From IMG/VR virus record IMGVR_UViG_3300042290_000544: a DNA stretch of 64,000 nt; one strand, written 5' to 3'. Position numbers and translations under genes: made by a program. The stretch is from a virus. Below are positions 55,180 to 63,461 of this stretch, in pieces. Every line of letters begins with the position of its first letter. The first letter of the stretch is position 1. The notes beneath the pieces were generated by a model. The model searched no databases, was not told the DNA's origin, and worked only from the letters and a program-made list of their open reading frames with translations.

Positions 55180-55397
55180 TTTAAGTTACCTCCGTAATAG
55201 TCGAATACTTCCTCCATGGCATTTAAAGCTACAATAAGTTCGGCCAATTCACGTTTTTGGTAATCTTGGAGTTTCCTTGTTTTCTTAAGGACGGTAATGT
55301 CTTCGCGAAGGTATTCAATCGTTTGTTTTACGGAAGCACGGACAATACCGTCGGCTGTTTCTGGGTCAATTTCTACATTCATATTTTTAATTTTCAT
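55176..55397 (-). CDS. hypothetical protein; start revised to 55397
   Basis: Tiles with its neighbours; ends YYGG. Confidence 0.6.
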   Translation of the reverse strand: MKIKNMNVEIDPETADGIVRASVKQTIEYLREDITVLKKTRKLQDYQKRELAELIVALNAMEEVFDYYGGNLK

Positions 55398-55398
55398 A

Positions 55399-55674
55399 TT
55401 AATTCCAAGTTCTGTGTTTTTCAGCAATCCATTCGTCCCCGTCGTATTCTTGAATCTGCCATTGGACATCATCGGGAATCTTTACAACTTTAAGTTCAGC
55501 AAATTCACCGTTGGCAGCTTCACCAAGTTGTTCCACAATTTCTACTAGAATAGGATTGTTGCGCTTGATGTCATCTTCATTGGTAATAATCGCACCGGCA
55601 CGTTCATTAAAAAGAGCAAGAGCAGTCTTAGAAAGCCCAAAGGCACCGTGGCAATCATTAATTACAATTTTCAT
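55399..55674 (-). CDS. conserved phage hypothetical protein
   Basis: KIVIN.C.G.FGLS, R..P.LV..VE.LG and W.I.EYDG.EW.AE.HRTW. Confidence 0.75.
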   Translation of the reverse strand: MKIVINDCHGAFGLSKTALALFNERAGAIITNEDDIKRNNPILVEIVEQLGEAANGEFAELKVVKIPDDVQWQIQEYDGDEWIAEKHRTWN

Positions 55675-55999
55675 TTTTTATTGAGTACAACTGAACAGCT
55701 GATTTTATCGCGAGTGCAGCCGCGCACGGAAACTGTTCGCCTTTCTTAAAAGAAAGTTTGTTAAGTTTAAATGGTTTTAGAACTATATCTCCGTTCCAAT
55801 ACGTAGGTTCGACGGAGATGTAACCCAGCTCACAAAGCCTATTGCGCAACTTTGTAAATTCTGGATGATCCTTGCACGCATACGAATCTCCTTTTAAAAT
55901 AATTTTGCCAACAAGATCGCTCAGAACCAGGTACTTCTCATCGGGTACCGAACTCAGGTATTCTTTCTTGAGTCTAAATTGTTTAATTGGTTTCTTCAT
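55658..55999 (-). CDS. hypothetical protein
   Basis: DHPEFTKLR..L...GYI...WNGD motif. Confidence 0.65.
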   Translation of the reverse strand: MKKPIKQFRLKKEYLSSVPDEKYLVLSDLVGKIILKGDSYACKDHPEFTKLRNRLCELGYISVEPTYWNGDIVLKPFKLNKLSFKKGEQFPCAAALAIKSAVQLYSIKNENCN

Positions 56000-56585
56000 T
56001 TTTAGGAATCTCCGAGTAAGGAATATAGTTTTGCGTCGTTACATTGGTCTTTGCGAATTGTTTGTTCAGCGTCTTTAACCATCCACCAGACGAATGCAGT
56101 TCACCAAGTTGACCCGTCGCTTCACAAGTTCTACCAGAAGCAGTTTCAGCAAAGTGAATGATACCCTCAATGTAATTATAAAACCGTTCATTAGCCTTTT
56201 CGATAGCAGGATACTTTTCAGTTTCTACTAGAGAGGTATTTTTTTCGTCAAGCTCAAACCTGTAATAAAACCGAAGTGTGCCGAACTTCTCTTTAACTTG
56301 CGTTGCGATCACTTGAGGTGGCCCTACTTTAAAGTAGTAGATAGCTTCTCCGTCCTTCTTGTTAATATACGGTGTGATACCAAGACGCTCACCATCTTCT
56401 TTATCCACCGGTACGCTGGTAGTATAAGTGTGGGTAAGAGCTTCGCAAAGAATATCAATAAGATCGTACCAACCATCACCTACCTCAAGACCCCAGAACA
56501 TACAGCTCTCGGTCTTTGGCTTGGTACGGTCGCCGAAAATCTTTGGATACTTCTCAAATAGTTTTTGTTCTAGTTCTGTTTTCAT
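55983..56585 (-). CDS. conserved phage hypothetical protein
   Basis: GDGWYDLI, QVKEKFGTLRFY, AE..S..TCE..G and GWLKTL. Confidence 0.75.
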   Translation of the reverse strand: MKTELEQKLFEKYPKIFGDRTKPKTESCMFWGLEVGDGWYDLIDILCEALTHTYTTSVPVDKEDGERLGITPYINKKDGEAIYYFKVGPPQVIATQVKEKFGTLRFYYRFELDEKNTSLVETEKYPAIEKANERFYNYIEGIIHFAETASGRTCEATGQLGELHSSGGWLKTLNKQFAKTNVTTQNYIPYSEIPKNEETN

Positions 56586-56782
56586 TCGAATAATGTGGTG
56601 GCATTTAAAAATTTAGCAAGAGGTTTAATCCAAAATGGAAGAGCCAGTATAAAAAGCCAGATCATTTGAATAACGATAATATCTGTAAACCTATAGATGA
56701 ATCCGTTATAGAGACCTACACAAAGGTACACGAACGTAACCCAAACGGCGTAATGGACTAAAGAGCGTTGAAATAGTTTCAT
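56582..56782 (-). CDS. small two-TM membrane protein
   Basis: Two hydrophobic segments. Confidence 0.6.
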   Translation of the reverse strand: MKLFQRSLVHYAVWVTFVYLCVGLYNGFIYRFTDIIVIQMIWLFILALPFWIKPLAKFLNATTLFE

Positions 56783-56786
56783 AAAA

Positions 56787-56987
56787 TTATTCTTTTGTCA
56801 TCCAGCGATAAAATGGAGTTAGGACTACCTTTAAAAATATGAAGCCCCATGGAATAGGACCACAAATGATAAAGAATACGAGTCTCTGAGGAAACCGATT
56901 TACCGAATCGTGTAGAACGATAAATGCCAGAGTTCCAAGCCCCAACCAATACATAAGTACCGCATTAATAAATTCAGGCATTGTCAT
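56787..56987 (-). CDS. small two-TM membrane protein; start revised to 56987
   Basis: Two hydrophobic segments. Confidence 0.55.
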   Translation of the reverse strand: MTMPEFINAVLMYWLGLGTLAFIVLHDSVNRFPQRLVFFIICGPIPWGFIFLKVVLTPFYRWMTKE

Positions 56988-56991
56988 AAAG

Positions 56992-57204
56992 TTATTCTTC
57001 GACCTGATGAAGAGCATTTCCTGCTTCGGTGCGAATAGCTTGGGCAAGTTCTTCTACCGTTTTAAAACGATCGGTACCGTGCTTCAATATATTGCGACAC
57101 ACGGAATCAATTTCATACAATGACGCCCAAGCTTGATTGCAATGAACGGCTCGCATATGTTCGTAATTATCATCGGGTAGGTTAAATTCCAGTATTGCTT
57201 TCAT
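56992..57204 (-). CDS. conserved phage hypothetical protein
   Basis: MKAILEFNLP N-terminal motif. Confidence 0.7.
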   Translation of the reverse strand: MKAILEFNLPDDNYEHMRAVHCNQAWASLYEIDSVCRNILKHGTDRFKTVEELAQAIRTEAGNALHQVEE

Positions 57205-57208
57205 AAAG

Positions 57209-57475
57209 TTATTCCAGTTCGATCATCCAATGTGAATTGTTGTAAATGTAGTCCCATACGATGGTATCTTCTGGTTCTTTACCCGAGAATCCCATGGACT
57301 CAATGAAACCATCAACAAGTTTATCTTGCTCCGCGTGATGAGCAGCAATTACCTTGCGGATCTTTGCGATTTCCTTCTGCTGCTTTTTAGTGAATTTGAC
57401 TTTTAGTTTATGGTCCATTGCTGAAACGGAATACATTTGGTCGATTGCTTTTTGCTGGTTTTTAGTGGTTTTCAT
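57209..57475 (-). CDS. hypothetical early protein (leaderless)
   Basis: Promoter -10 lies 6 nt before the ATG. Confidence 0.7.
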   Translation of the reverse strand: MKTTKNQQKAIDQMYSVSAMDHKLKVKFTKKQQKEIAKIRKVIAAHHAEQDKLVDGFIESMGFSGKEPEDTIVWDYIYNNSHWMIELE

Positions 57476-57481
57476 AATACA

Positions 57482-57510
57482 ATCATATACTGAAAGTGCT
57501 GAAAGTAAAC
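57482..57510 (-). promoter_or_regulatory. early promoter
   Basis: GTTTAC (57505-57510)-N17-TATGAT (57482-57487). Confidence 0.78.
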
Positions 57511-57517
57511 AACAAAG

Positions 57518-57883
57518 TTACTTCTTGGAGTTTTCAATGTATTGAATGATGTTTTGCTTACCAATAATGTTCATCGAATGAACCTCATAGTCGGGAAACT
57601 CAACGCCTTTTTCATGGCAGTAGTTCACTAGCCATTTAGCGCAGTCGTATCCAGTTTTCTCCTTATAGGAGTCATACGTCGGTTCGGTACCAGCAATGCC
57701 AGCGGCATAGTGTTCCTGTCCCAGGTCGTGATCAAAGGTCACGAATGAAGGTATACCAAGCCGTTCAATACATTCAACGAATTTTTTATAGCTTCGCACC
57801 GTGGTATAAGGTCCCAGGGGTAATTGTACCCATTTTACCTGAGAGGGAAGGCGTTCGTCATCCAGAAATAGTTTGTAGCTCAT
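57518..57883 (-). CDS. cyclic-phosphate-processing receiver-domain protein; start revised to 57883
   Basis: LFLDDER, FDHDLG, TGYDCAKWL and VHSMN motifs. Confidence 0.72.
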   Translation of the reverse strand: MSYKLFLDDERLPSQVKWVQLPLGPYTTVRSYKKFVECIERLGIPSFVTFDHDLGQEHYAAGIAGTEPTYDSYKEKTGYDCAKWLVNYCHEKGVEFPDYEVHSMNIIGKQNIIQYIENSKK

Positions 57884-57887
57884 ATAG

Positions 57888-58439
57888 TTATGTTGTGTGT
57901 GGACCGTGATGGTCAACGGGCTTATAAGTTTTAGTCTTCATCTTATCCCGAAGCTGCTCCATAGATACTGGAAAGTAGTTCCAGCAATCTACACCAACAT
58001 CACAGCTAAGAGTGGTAGGATCATCCGGAAGAGTGCCGTGCGAGTGTCCGTAAAGTTGCCAGTGCCCTTTGTGGCTGCCGTTCCATACCTTCATGGCATA
58101 GTGACAGAGAATGATTTCTTGTTTGTCAACTGTTACTTCTCGAAGATGTGGTATATCAAACTCCCATCCAGAATCTAGGTAGCTCCGCATGAGCCGTTTA
58201 TCATGGTTGCCCAAGCAGAATTGAATTTTACCATTTAAACGCCGGAGATAGGGAGCGGCAGGACCGCCACCCACCGCAAAATCACCGAGATGGTACACGG
58301 TATCTTCTGGACGAACAATAGCGTTCCAATTATGAATGAGTGTATTGTCCATCTCTTCTACCGAGGCAAAAGGACGTTTACAGTATTTAATGATGTTTGC
58401 GTGCCCAAAATGGGTATCGCTTGTGAAGAATGTGTTCAT
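57888..58439 (-). CDS. calcineurin-like metallophosphoesterase
   Basis: SDTHFGH, LGDF, GNHD, CHY, LYGHSH and DVGVD. Confidence 0.88.
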   Translation of the reverse strand: MNTFFTSDTHFGHANIIKYCKRPFASVEEMDNTLIHNWNAIVRPEDTVYHLGDFAVGGGPAAPYLRRLNGKIQFCLGNHDKRLMRSYLDSGWEFDIPHLREVTVDKQEIILCHYAMKVWNGSHKGHWQLYGHSHGTLPDDPTTLSCDVGVDCWNYFPVSMEQLRDKMKTKTYKPVDHHGPHTT

Positions 58440-58441
58440 AG

Positions 58442-59002
58442 TTAAAATACAATTCGGCGAGCCTCAGCAAGAATCTCATTGAGTCTCTTACCGTCCATTG
58501 CTCGACAGCTGCTGATTTTGTTGGGACGAAACTCGTTTCCAGAATCGCTTTCCTCGGTGATTTCCATTAGGGTAATGAACTCTTTCCAGAGACGCTCCGT
58601 TATCTGGGCGCATTGTTCGGCTATGTCGGCACAAGCCGATTTATCTGCAGCAAACCGTGCCCAAGTTAAAGCTGAGGATTGCATATGTTTTAGATCAGCC
58701 TCGGCACGTTCGGCGCGGGCTACCTGTAAGCTGATGTGCTTTCCTGCGTCCCGGTAGTCGTCTTTATACCGCTCCACCTCGGCGCGAAGGCGGGAATTTT
58801 CTTCAAGCACAAACCTTAGCCTTTCGGCTCCCGTTGCATTTACGCTAAGTAGCTCCTCGCACTCCGCTTTCGCGGCGGTGAGTTCGCGTTCAAGCGTGCG
58901 ACATAGAGCGGTATGCGCTTGGTCCTGCCTGTTGCCCCACTCGCATCCATTGAGCATGGCATCCGTGCGTGGCGTGTCGGTGGGTTGGTCGGGTGGGTTC
59001 AT
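58442..59002 (-). CDS. TPRTDA-motif coiled-coil hypothetical protein
   Basis: DTPRTDA...CRTLEREL and RAERAEA. Confidence 0.7.
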   Translation of the reverse strand: MNPPDQPTDTPRTDAMLNGCEWGNRQDQAHTALCRTLERELTAAKAECEELLSVNATGAERLRFVLEENSRLRAEVERYKDDYRDAGKHISLQVARAERAEADLKHMQSSALTWARFAADKSACADIAEQCAQITERLWKEFITLMEITEESDSGNEFRPNKISSCRAMDGKRLNEILAEARRIVF

Positions 59003-59385
59003 TTGATTTCCTCCGTCGCGGCAAGGGCGGCAAGAAACGCCTGCTCATGTTTTGCGAAAACCGCTACCGAGTCGGGCGAGAGCTTGTCTCCCCAAACCAT
59101 TTGCCAAGATCGCGCGATCATAAGGGATTCGACGCCGTGCTCCCTTAGCACGCGCACCCGCTCGCGCTCGGCGGTGAGGGCGGCAAGCGCGGCAGTCCCT
59201 TCGTCATGGTAAAGCGTCTCGCTCGCCTTGGTGTAGTTGAGTTCACTGCGTAGTTGAGCCACCGCCCACGCCTCGGAGTCGGCGATGAGTTGGGCGGCTG
59301 CGGTCAGGTCGCGGTTGTGAACCATGCGGAAAACATCGGCGGCAAGTTGCTTGTGTGTCTCGCTCGGTTGATCGGGTGGGTTCAT
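58999..59385 (-). CDS. hypothetical protein; start revised to 59385
   Basis: Starts MNPPDQP like its neighbour; ATGA overlap with the 59002 gene. Confidence 0.65.
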   Translation of the reverse strand: MNPPDQPSETHKQLAADVFRMVHNRDLTAAAQLIADSEAWAVAQLRSELNYTKASETLYHDEGTAALAALTAERERVRVLREHGVESLMIARSWQMVWGDKLSPDSVAVFAKHEQAFLAALAATEEIK

Positions 59386-59386
59386 A

Positions 59387-59572
59387 TTAGTTTGGATTGG
59401 TTTTAGAGTATTCCTTGGCCAACTCATTGGCTCTAGCCAATTCTCTTTCAAGAAATTCTTCAAAGAGGCCATGGTTCGTAATTTCTACGCCTGGTATTGA
59501 AAAGCGATACTTGAAAGATTTGATAGTGCCTTCAAGCACGCCGCATTTGTAAGCCAGATCGATGTTATTCAT
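59387..59572 (-). CDS. hypothetical early protein
   Basis: 61 aa behind an early promoter cassette. Confidence 0.7.
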   Translation of the reverse strand: MNNIDLAYKCGVLEGTIKSFKYRFSIPGVEITNHGLFEEFLERELARANELAKEYSKTNPN

Positions 59573-59581
59573 TATGATACA

Positions 59582-59645
59582 ATCCTACAACATTCCATCA
59601 AAAAGTAAACCACAAAGATGTGGTCTAAGTGATTGATAGTCAACA
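59582..59645 (-). promoter_or_regulatory. early promoter cassette with IHF-consensus site
   Basis: TATCAATCACTTA (59626-59638), then GTTTAC-N17-TAGGAT. Confidence 0.8.
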
Positions 59646-59646
59646 C

Positions 59647-60738
59647 TCACTCATAATTTCTGATAGAAGTGACGTATGGAAACCGTGGAATACCGTATGG
59701 GCTGAGGTGGAAGAACTGGCACGTGGCTTTCTCACCGATGTATCGATCCTTGTTCTGGAATAGATCGGCAAGGAATTCGTGAGAACCCTTGATGTTGGAA
59801 TTGAAGTTCTCACCCTTATCATTTTTGAGTACCATGAATCCAGCCATGCCCGTGCGGTTACCCGTACCCTCACCGATTTCAAGGATTTCATATTCGGCGT
59901 CCTGGAATTCTTTGCGCTTCAGCAGAGTCTTTGACCGTTTGCGTTCATAGAGACCATCCGTGCGAACCATCTGACCCTCATAACCGTCGCTCATATAGCT
60001 TTCATATTCGGTATCAAGGTCCTTTTTGTCGAAGGCGACCGAAGTTTCCACGAGGACAATGGTATCGTCTTCCGGAAGGTTTCCGCAAAGCCACTTACGA
60101 CGGTCGCTAAATGTCTTATCGGTATCAATGACATCATAGACCCAATACTGAATCACATTGGCAGATTCATCTAGATCAGCCTGAGTCGGCTTGGTCTTAC
60201 GGACCAGCGATACAATCTTATTGAAATCATTATTTAACTTGTCGCAGTAAAGCTCACCGTCCAAAACGGCATCGGGAAACTCTTGAAAGAAGGACTCCAG
60301 AGCCTTAAGGACATGCGGAGCCGATTTAAAAATCTTGCCCTGACGACTAAACATCGTCGTAGAAGTGCAGAGGCAACGAATGCCATCTAGCTTGGGCTGT
60401 GAAAAGACGGGGTATTTAAGGTCGTCTTCACGGTCCTCAAACTTCTGCGCCAGCATACAGTCGATCATCGTGGGCTTGTCGATGTTTTTAATGTCGAGAT
60501 GGTAACCTGTTTCCTCACGTTTACGGAAGATTGCATCGGCCTCAAAGCGCGCCTGCATTTCCGCATTACGTTCATTTGCGCGGCCGACATTGGTGGGCTG
60601 GGCATAGTACCATTCGGTCGTGGTTTTCTTACCATCGACCTGACCATAGATGGTGCGGTAACGACCGCCGTCAATTTCGATGGTCCAGGTCTGCGTGGCA
60701 CCCGTAGAAGTGCGTGAATAAAGTGTTGGAAGTTTCAT
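59647..60738 (-). CDS. ATP-dependent DNA ligase with N-terminal WGR-like domain; start revised to 60738
   Basis: Motif I QPKLDGIR, LDGELY, YDV, EGQMVR, LLKRK and C-terminal GIPRFP. Confidence 0.9.
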   Translation of the reverse strand: MKLPTLYSRTSTGATQTWTIEIDGGRYRTIYGQVDGKKTTTEWYYAQPTNVGRANERNAEMQARFEADAIFRKREETGYHLDIKNIDKPTMIDCMLAQKFEDREDDLKYPVFSQPKLDGIRCLCTSTTMFSRQGKIFKSAPHVLKALESFFQEFPDAVLDGELYCDKLNNDFNKIVSLVRKTKPTQADLDESANVIQYWVYDVIDTDKTFSDRRKWLCGNLPEDDTIVLVETSVAFDKKDLDTEYESYMSDGYEGQMVRTDGLYERKRSKTLLKRKEFQDAEYEILEIGEGTGNRTGMAGFMVLKNDKGENFNSNIKGSHEFLADLFQNKDRYIGEKATCQFFHLSPYGIPRFPYVTSIRNYE

Positions 60739-60745
60739 GTTAAAA

Positions 60746-61105
60746 TTAAGCCGCGTAGGCATTCTGCAATTTATAGGGCGACTTGGTTGGCTCCTTGACG
60801 GAACCATACCACTCAACTTGCTGTTTCTCCTCGTGAGTCAGTTCGCCCACGGGAAGAAGGTACCAGTCAATGACGTACTCCTGCCACGAGTCATCGTTGC
60901 GGGTTACCGCAATACGAAGCTCTTCCACAAAGGAACTGACCTTTGACCGATCCTGGACCTCGGTGAGGTCTAGAGCAATCGGATGGCGGTACTCATAACC
61001 ACCCTTGGCTTTCCAGTACTGCGGGCACTGGCCTTTGCCGTCCCAGTCATGGGCTCCGTAGTTCTCGTGAACCTGAGTGGAAACGACAATGTTAAATTTG
61101 ATCAT
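60746..61105 (-). CDS. conserved T4-like hypothetical protein (leaderless)
   Basis: TQ..ENYGAHDWDG.G.CPQYWK.KGG motif. Confidence 0.78.
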   Translation of the reverse strand: MIKFNIVVSTQVHENYGAHDWDGKGQCPQYWKAKGGYEYRHPIALDLTEVQDRSKVSSFVEELRIAVTRNDDSWQEYVIDWYLLPVGELTHEEKQQVEWYGSVKEPTKSPYKLQNAYAA

Positions 61106-61111
61106 GCATAC

Positions 61112-61175
61112 ATCCTACATCAATCCATCAAAAAGTAAACCACAAAGATATGGTCTAAGTTGTTGATAGTCAATA
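61112..61175 (-). promoter_or_regulatory. early promoter cassette with IHF-consensus site
   Basis: TATCAACAACTTA (61156-61168), then GTTTAC-N17-TAGGAT, 6 nt to ATG. Confidence 0.8.
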
Positions 61176-61210
61176 TGAGCAATATTAATATGCCCAAAAA
61201 ACCAAGAGTA

Positions 61211-61966
61211 TCAGAAAATCTTCTCTAACTTGTTGATTATGTTGGCCCTCTTGTCGCGGGCGTGTTTTTCACCAGGATCAAAGTTACCCCACTTCTGTTT
61301 TACATTGATTTCAGCTAGGCGAGTGCGTTGGACATCATACTTCTTTCCCACCCGAGCTATGGGTCCGAGGTGTTTGCAATGAAGCAACCAGCACGTTGGT
61401 ACCGTGAACTTATGGTTCTTATTGTCTATCAGATACCGTTCACCCAACTTAGAGGTCACGTGGCACTGGTGAGCGCCAGGAGCAAACTCCAACTTGGTGA
61501 TTCGCTTTGGCGCAAACAGAATCGGCTTGGAGTACCATCTGTCATCTCTGGCTCCATGGACCACCTCATCATAAATCTGACCCGAGCCCGTGGGAAAGTT
61601 TTCCGAATACATTTCGTAGCCATAGGGCTGTACGATATGAACATTGTTGCGGTCGTATTCCTCCAATGTCTTGGTAACACCATTCGGAAAGTAGATCAGT
61701 TCATCGGCATCCGCAGTAATGACCCAATCGGCGTCGGTTCCAATCCATGCTGTGCTTTTGAGTTCACGGCTTAGATCGTCATTGAGCACGCCGCCCGTAT
61801 CCCAATCACGTACCTCTGCACCATACTCCTTACAGATTTCTCTCGTTCTATCCGTGCTAAAGGAGTCATGAACTATGATTCGAGTCGCAAATTGGGAGTA
61901 ATGCCTTAACGTGTAGGGCAGAATATCCTCCTCATTGTAGGTAAGGATATGAACCTGAATCTTCAT
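61211..61966 (-). CDS. GT2-family glycosyltransferase
   Basis: YNEE..LP..L.HY, D..STD.T and W...DADE motifs. Confidence 0.82.
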   Translation of the reverse strand: MKIQVHILTYNEEDILPYTLRHYSQFATRIIVHDSFSTDRTREICKEYGAEVRDWDTGGVLNDDLSRELKSTAWIGTDADWVITADADELIYFPNGVTKTLEEYDRNNVHIVQPYGYEMYSENFPTGSGQIYDEVVHGARDDRWYSKPILFAPKRITKLEFAPGAHQCHVTSKLGERYLIDNKNHKFTVPTCWLLHCKHLGPIARVGKKYDVQRTRLAEINVKQKWGNFDPGEKHARDKRANIINKLEKIF

Positions 61967-62550
61967 TCTTTAATCTTCTTGAGGGCGACCTGGTAACCAC
62001 GACCCGGAAGAAGTTCCATTTCCTTGGCATAGCAATTGATGAAAGCATCAACAGCCATCTTGGGGCGGTCAATCTCCTTTGGCAATGCTGTCCATTGATA
62101 GTCGTCAAAGATCATGATACCGCCGACCTTGAGCAGCTCAAAACCAATGACGGCATCACGGAGACAACCACGCGCCGAATGGTCGGCATCGACATAAAGG
62201 AAGTCAAAGGTACCGGAACCCACACTCGTCACAGATAGCATCTGTTTGTGGGACATGTTCTCGATGAATGCCTTATTGGTGAAACGGGCTAAACGTTCCT
62301 CTGCAATCTCATAGTTCCTCGATACATCAATTCCATGGAGATGATGTTCGTCACTACCTTTAAAGGTATCGACGCAATACAGAAAAGAATCTTTATGGGT
62401 GCAGATGTTATCCAAAAACCATTCGGCAGAAGAACCCTGGAAGGTTCCAAGCTCCATGCCTTTACACGGTGTGTCCTTGAGATGGCCGAGCCATTCAATC
62501 CAGCGCGGTCCTCTTACAGTTCCTGTTTCCGATTTTGCAATGTGTTCCAT
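61963..62550 (-). CDS. class I SAM methyltransferase (Methyltransf_24-like)
   Basis: ELG.FQG.S, CVDTF.GS, FDFLYVDADH and LK.GGIMIFDDY. Confidence 0.85.
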   Translation of the reverse strand: MEHIAKSETGTVRGPRWIEWLGHLKDTPCKGMELGTFQGSSAEWFLDNICTHKDSFLYCVDTFKGSDEHHLHGIDVSRNYEIAEERLARFTNKAFIENMSHKQMLSVTSVGSGTFDFLYVDADHSARGCLRDAVIGFELLKVGGIMIFDDYQWTALPKEIDRPKMAVDAFINCYAKEMELLPGRGYQVALKKIKE

Positions 62551-62554
62551 GGGT

Positions 62555-62704
62555 TTATTTAGGCTGTTTTAAAGGTTTGTTTTTCTTGACTACTTCCTTG
62601 TGCTCCTTGGGAATCTTCTTGAAGATGTCGTCCCAGGTTGAATTAAACTCATCTCGCGATACAGAGAATGGTCGCGGCTTTGATCCTTTGCCATTTGTGC
62701 TCAT
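62555..62704 (-). CDS. 49-aa small protein (not in the ORF track)
   Basis: MSTNGKGSKPRPFSVSRDEFNSTWDDIFKK...; ATGA overlap with the upstream gene. Confidence 0.7.
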   Translation of the reverse strand: MSTNGKGSKPRPFSVSRDEFNSTWDDIFKKIPKEHKEVVKKNKPLKQPK

Positions 62705-62928
62705 TTTAGTTTCTTACCGTAAAAAGCCCCGACCCTGCGTATTGCGGGCAATAAGTTTTCAAGGTATTTAAGTTCTTGGATATAAACCAGTTTTCCTGAT
62801 TTCTCTGCTTTCTTACGGAGCTTTCGGATGTCCTCCGACATTAACGTATAATGGTACTGAAGGTCATTTGCCACAATGTGATCAAATACCTCAACCTCAA
62901 GTTCCATCTGGAAAACCTTCTTTTTCAT
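62701..62928 (-). CDS. hypothetical protein
   Basis: 75 aa in a packed array. Confidence 0.6.
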   Translation of the reverse strand: MKKKVFQMELEVEVFDHIVANDLQYHYTLMSEDIRKLRKKAEKSGKLVYIQELKYLENLLPAIRRVGAFYGKKLK

Positions 62929-62933
62929 ATTAA

Positions 62934-63158
62934 TCAGTACAATCCATCGCCAGGCACATTTGTATCAAGGTACTCTTTGAGTTCAATGTTCTCGTTATAC
63001 AGTTCTTCTAATCTTTGAGCGGCTTCAAATATGGCTGCATTGGCTACTCCATCGTCGCTTTGTATATCTCTTGCGAGTATGTGCATAGCCGCTATTAAAG
63101 TTTCGGTGGATGATTTCACAGCTTCGTCCACTTGGTACCAAGGAAGAATCGTTGGCAT
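62934..63158 (-). CDS. hypothetical protein
   Basis: LA.DIQS.DGVANAAI.EAA.RL motif. Confidence 0.65.
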   Translation of the reverse strand: MPTILPWYQVDEAVKSSTETLIAAMHILARDIQSDDGVANAAIFEAAQRLEELYNENIELKEYLDTNVPGDGLY

Positions 63159-63331
63159 TGTCTACGGAACCAATTCGGTACATGCTTTTTTTCATAGACA
63201 AAACAGACTACGAGCCAATTATCTCCAAATACATCGCACTTATAGATGGGCTCTTTCTTTTCCCGGAACGTCAACGGTTCAACGGTACTAGTTTTATAGA
63301 TTAGGGTATTGTCGGCACGAGTCTCAGTCAT
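63116..63331 (-). CDS. hypothetical protein; start revised to 63331
   Basis: PNWFRR....FFLG.KW motif. Confidence 0.6.
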   Translation of the reverse strand: MTETRADNTLIYKTSTVEPLTFREKKEPIYKCDVFGDNWLVVCFVYEKKHVPNWFRRQCQRFFLGTKWTKL

Positions 63332-63461
63332 AGTAGCCGTCCTCTCTAAGTTCTTTTTCAATTTTTTTGTTTTTTTCATTTAGAACTGATATAAAGACAA
63401 TTAGCACCACTACGGCACAAAGCGCAATAAGACCTCCAATAATGAGAATGCTTTTAATCAT
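63324..63461 (-). CDS. 45-aa single-TM protein (not in the ORF track)
   Basis: MIKSILIIGGLIALCAVVVLIVFISVLNEKNKK...; overlaps both neighbours by a few bases. Confidence 0.55.
   Translation of the reverse strand: MIKSILIIGGLIALCAVVVLIVFISVLNEKNKKIEKELREDGYYD

Noticed and set aside
59626-59645. CRP/FNR site linking early promoters to the phage cyclase
   Set aside because: The dyad is TTGA-N3-TCAA, which does not fit CRP (TGTGA-N6-TCACA) or FNR (TTGAT-N4-ATCAA); IHF fits better.
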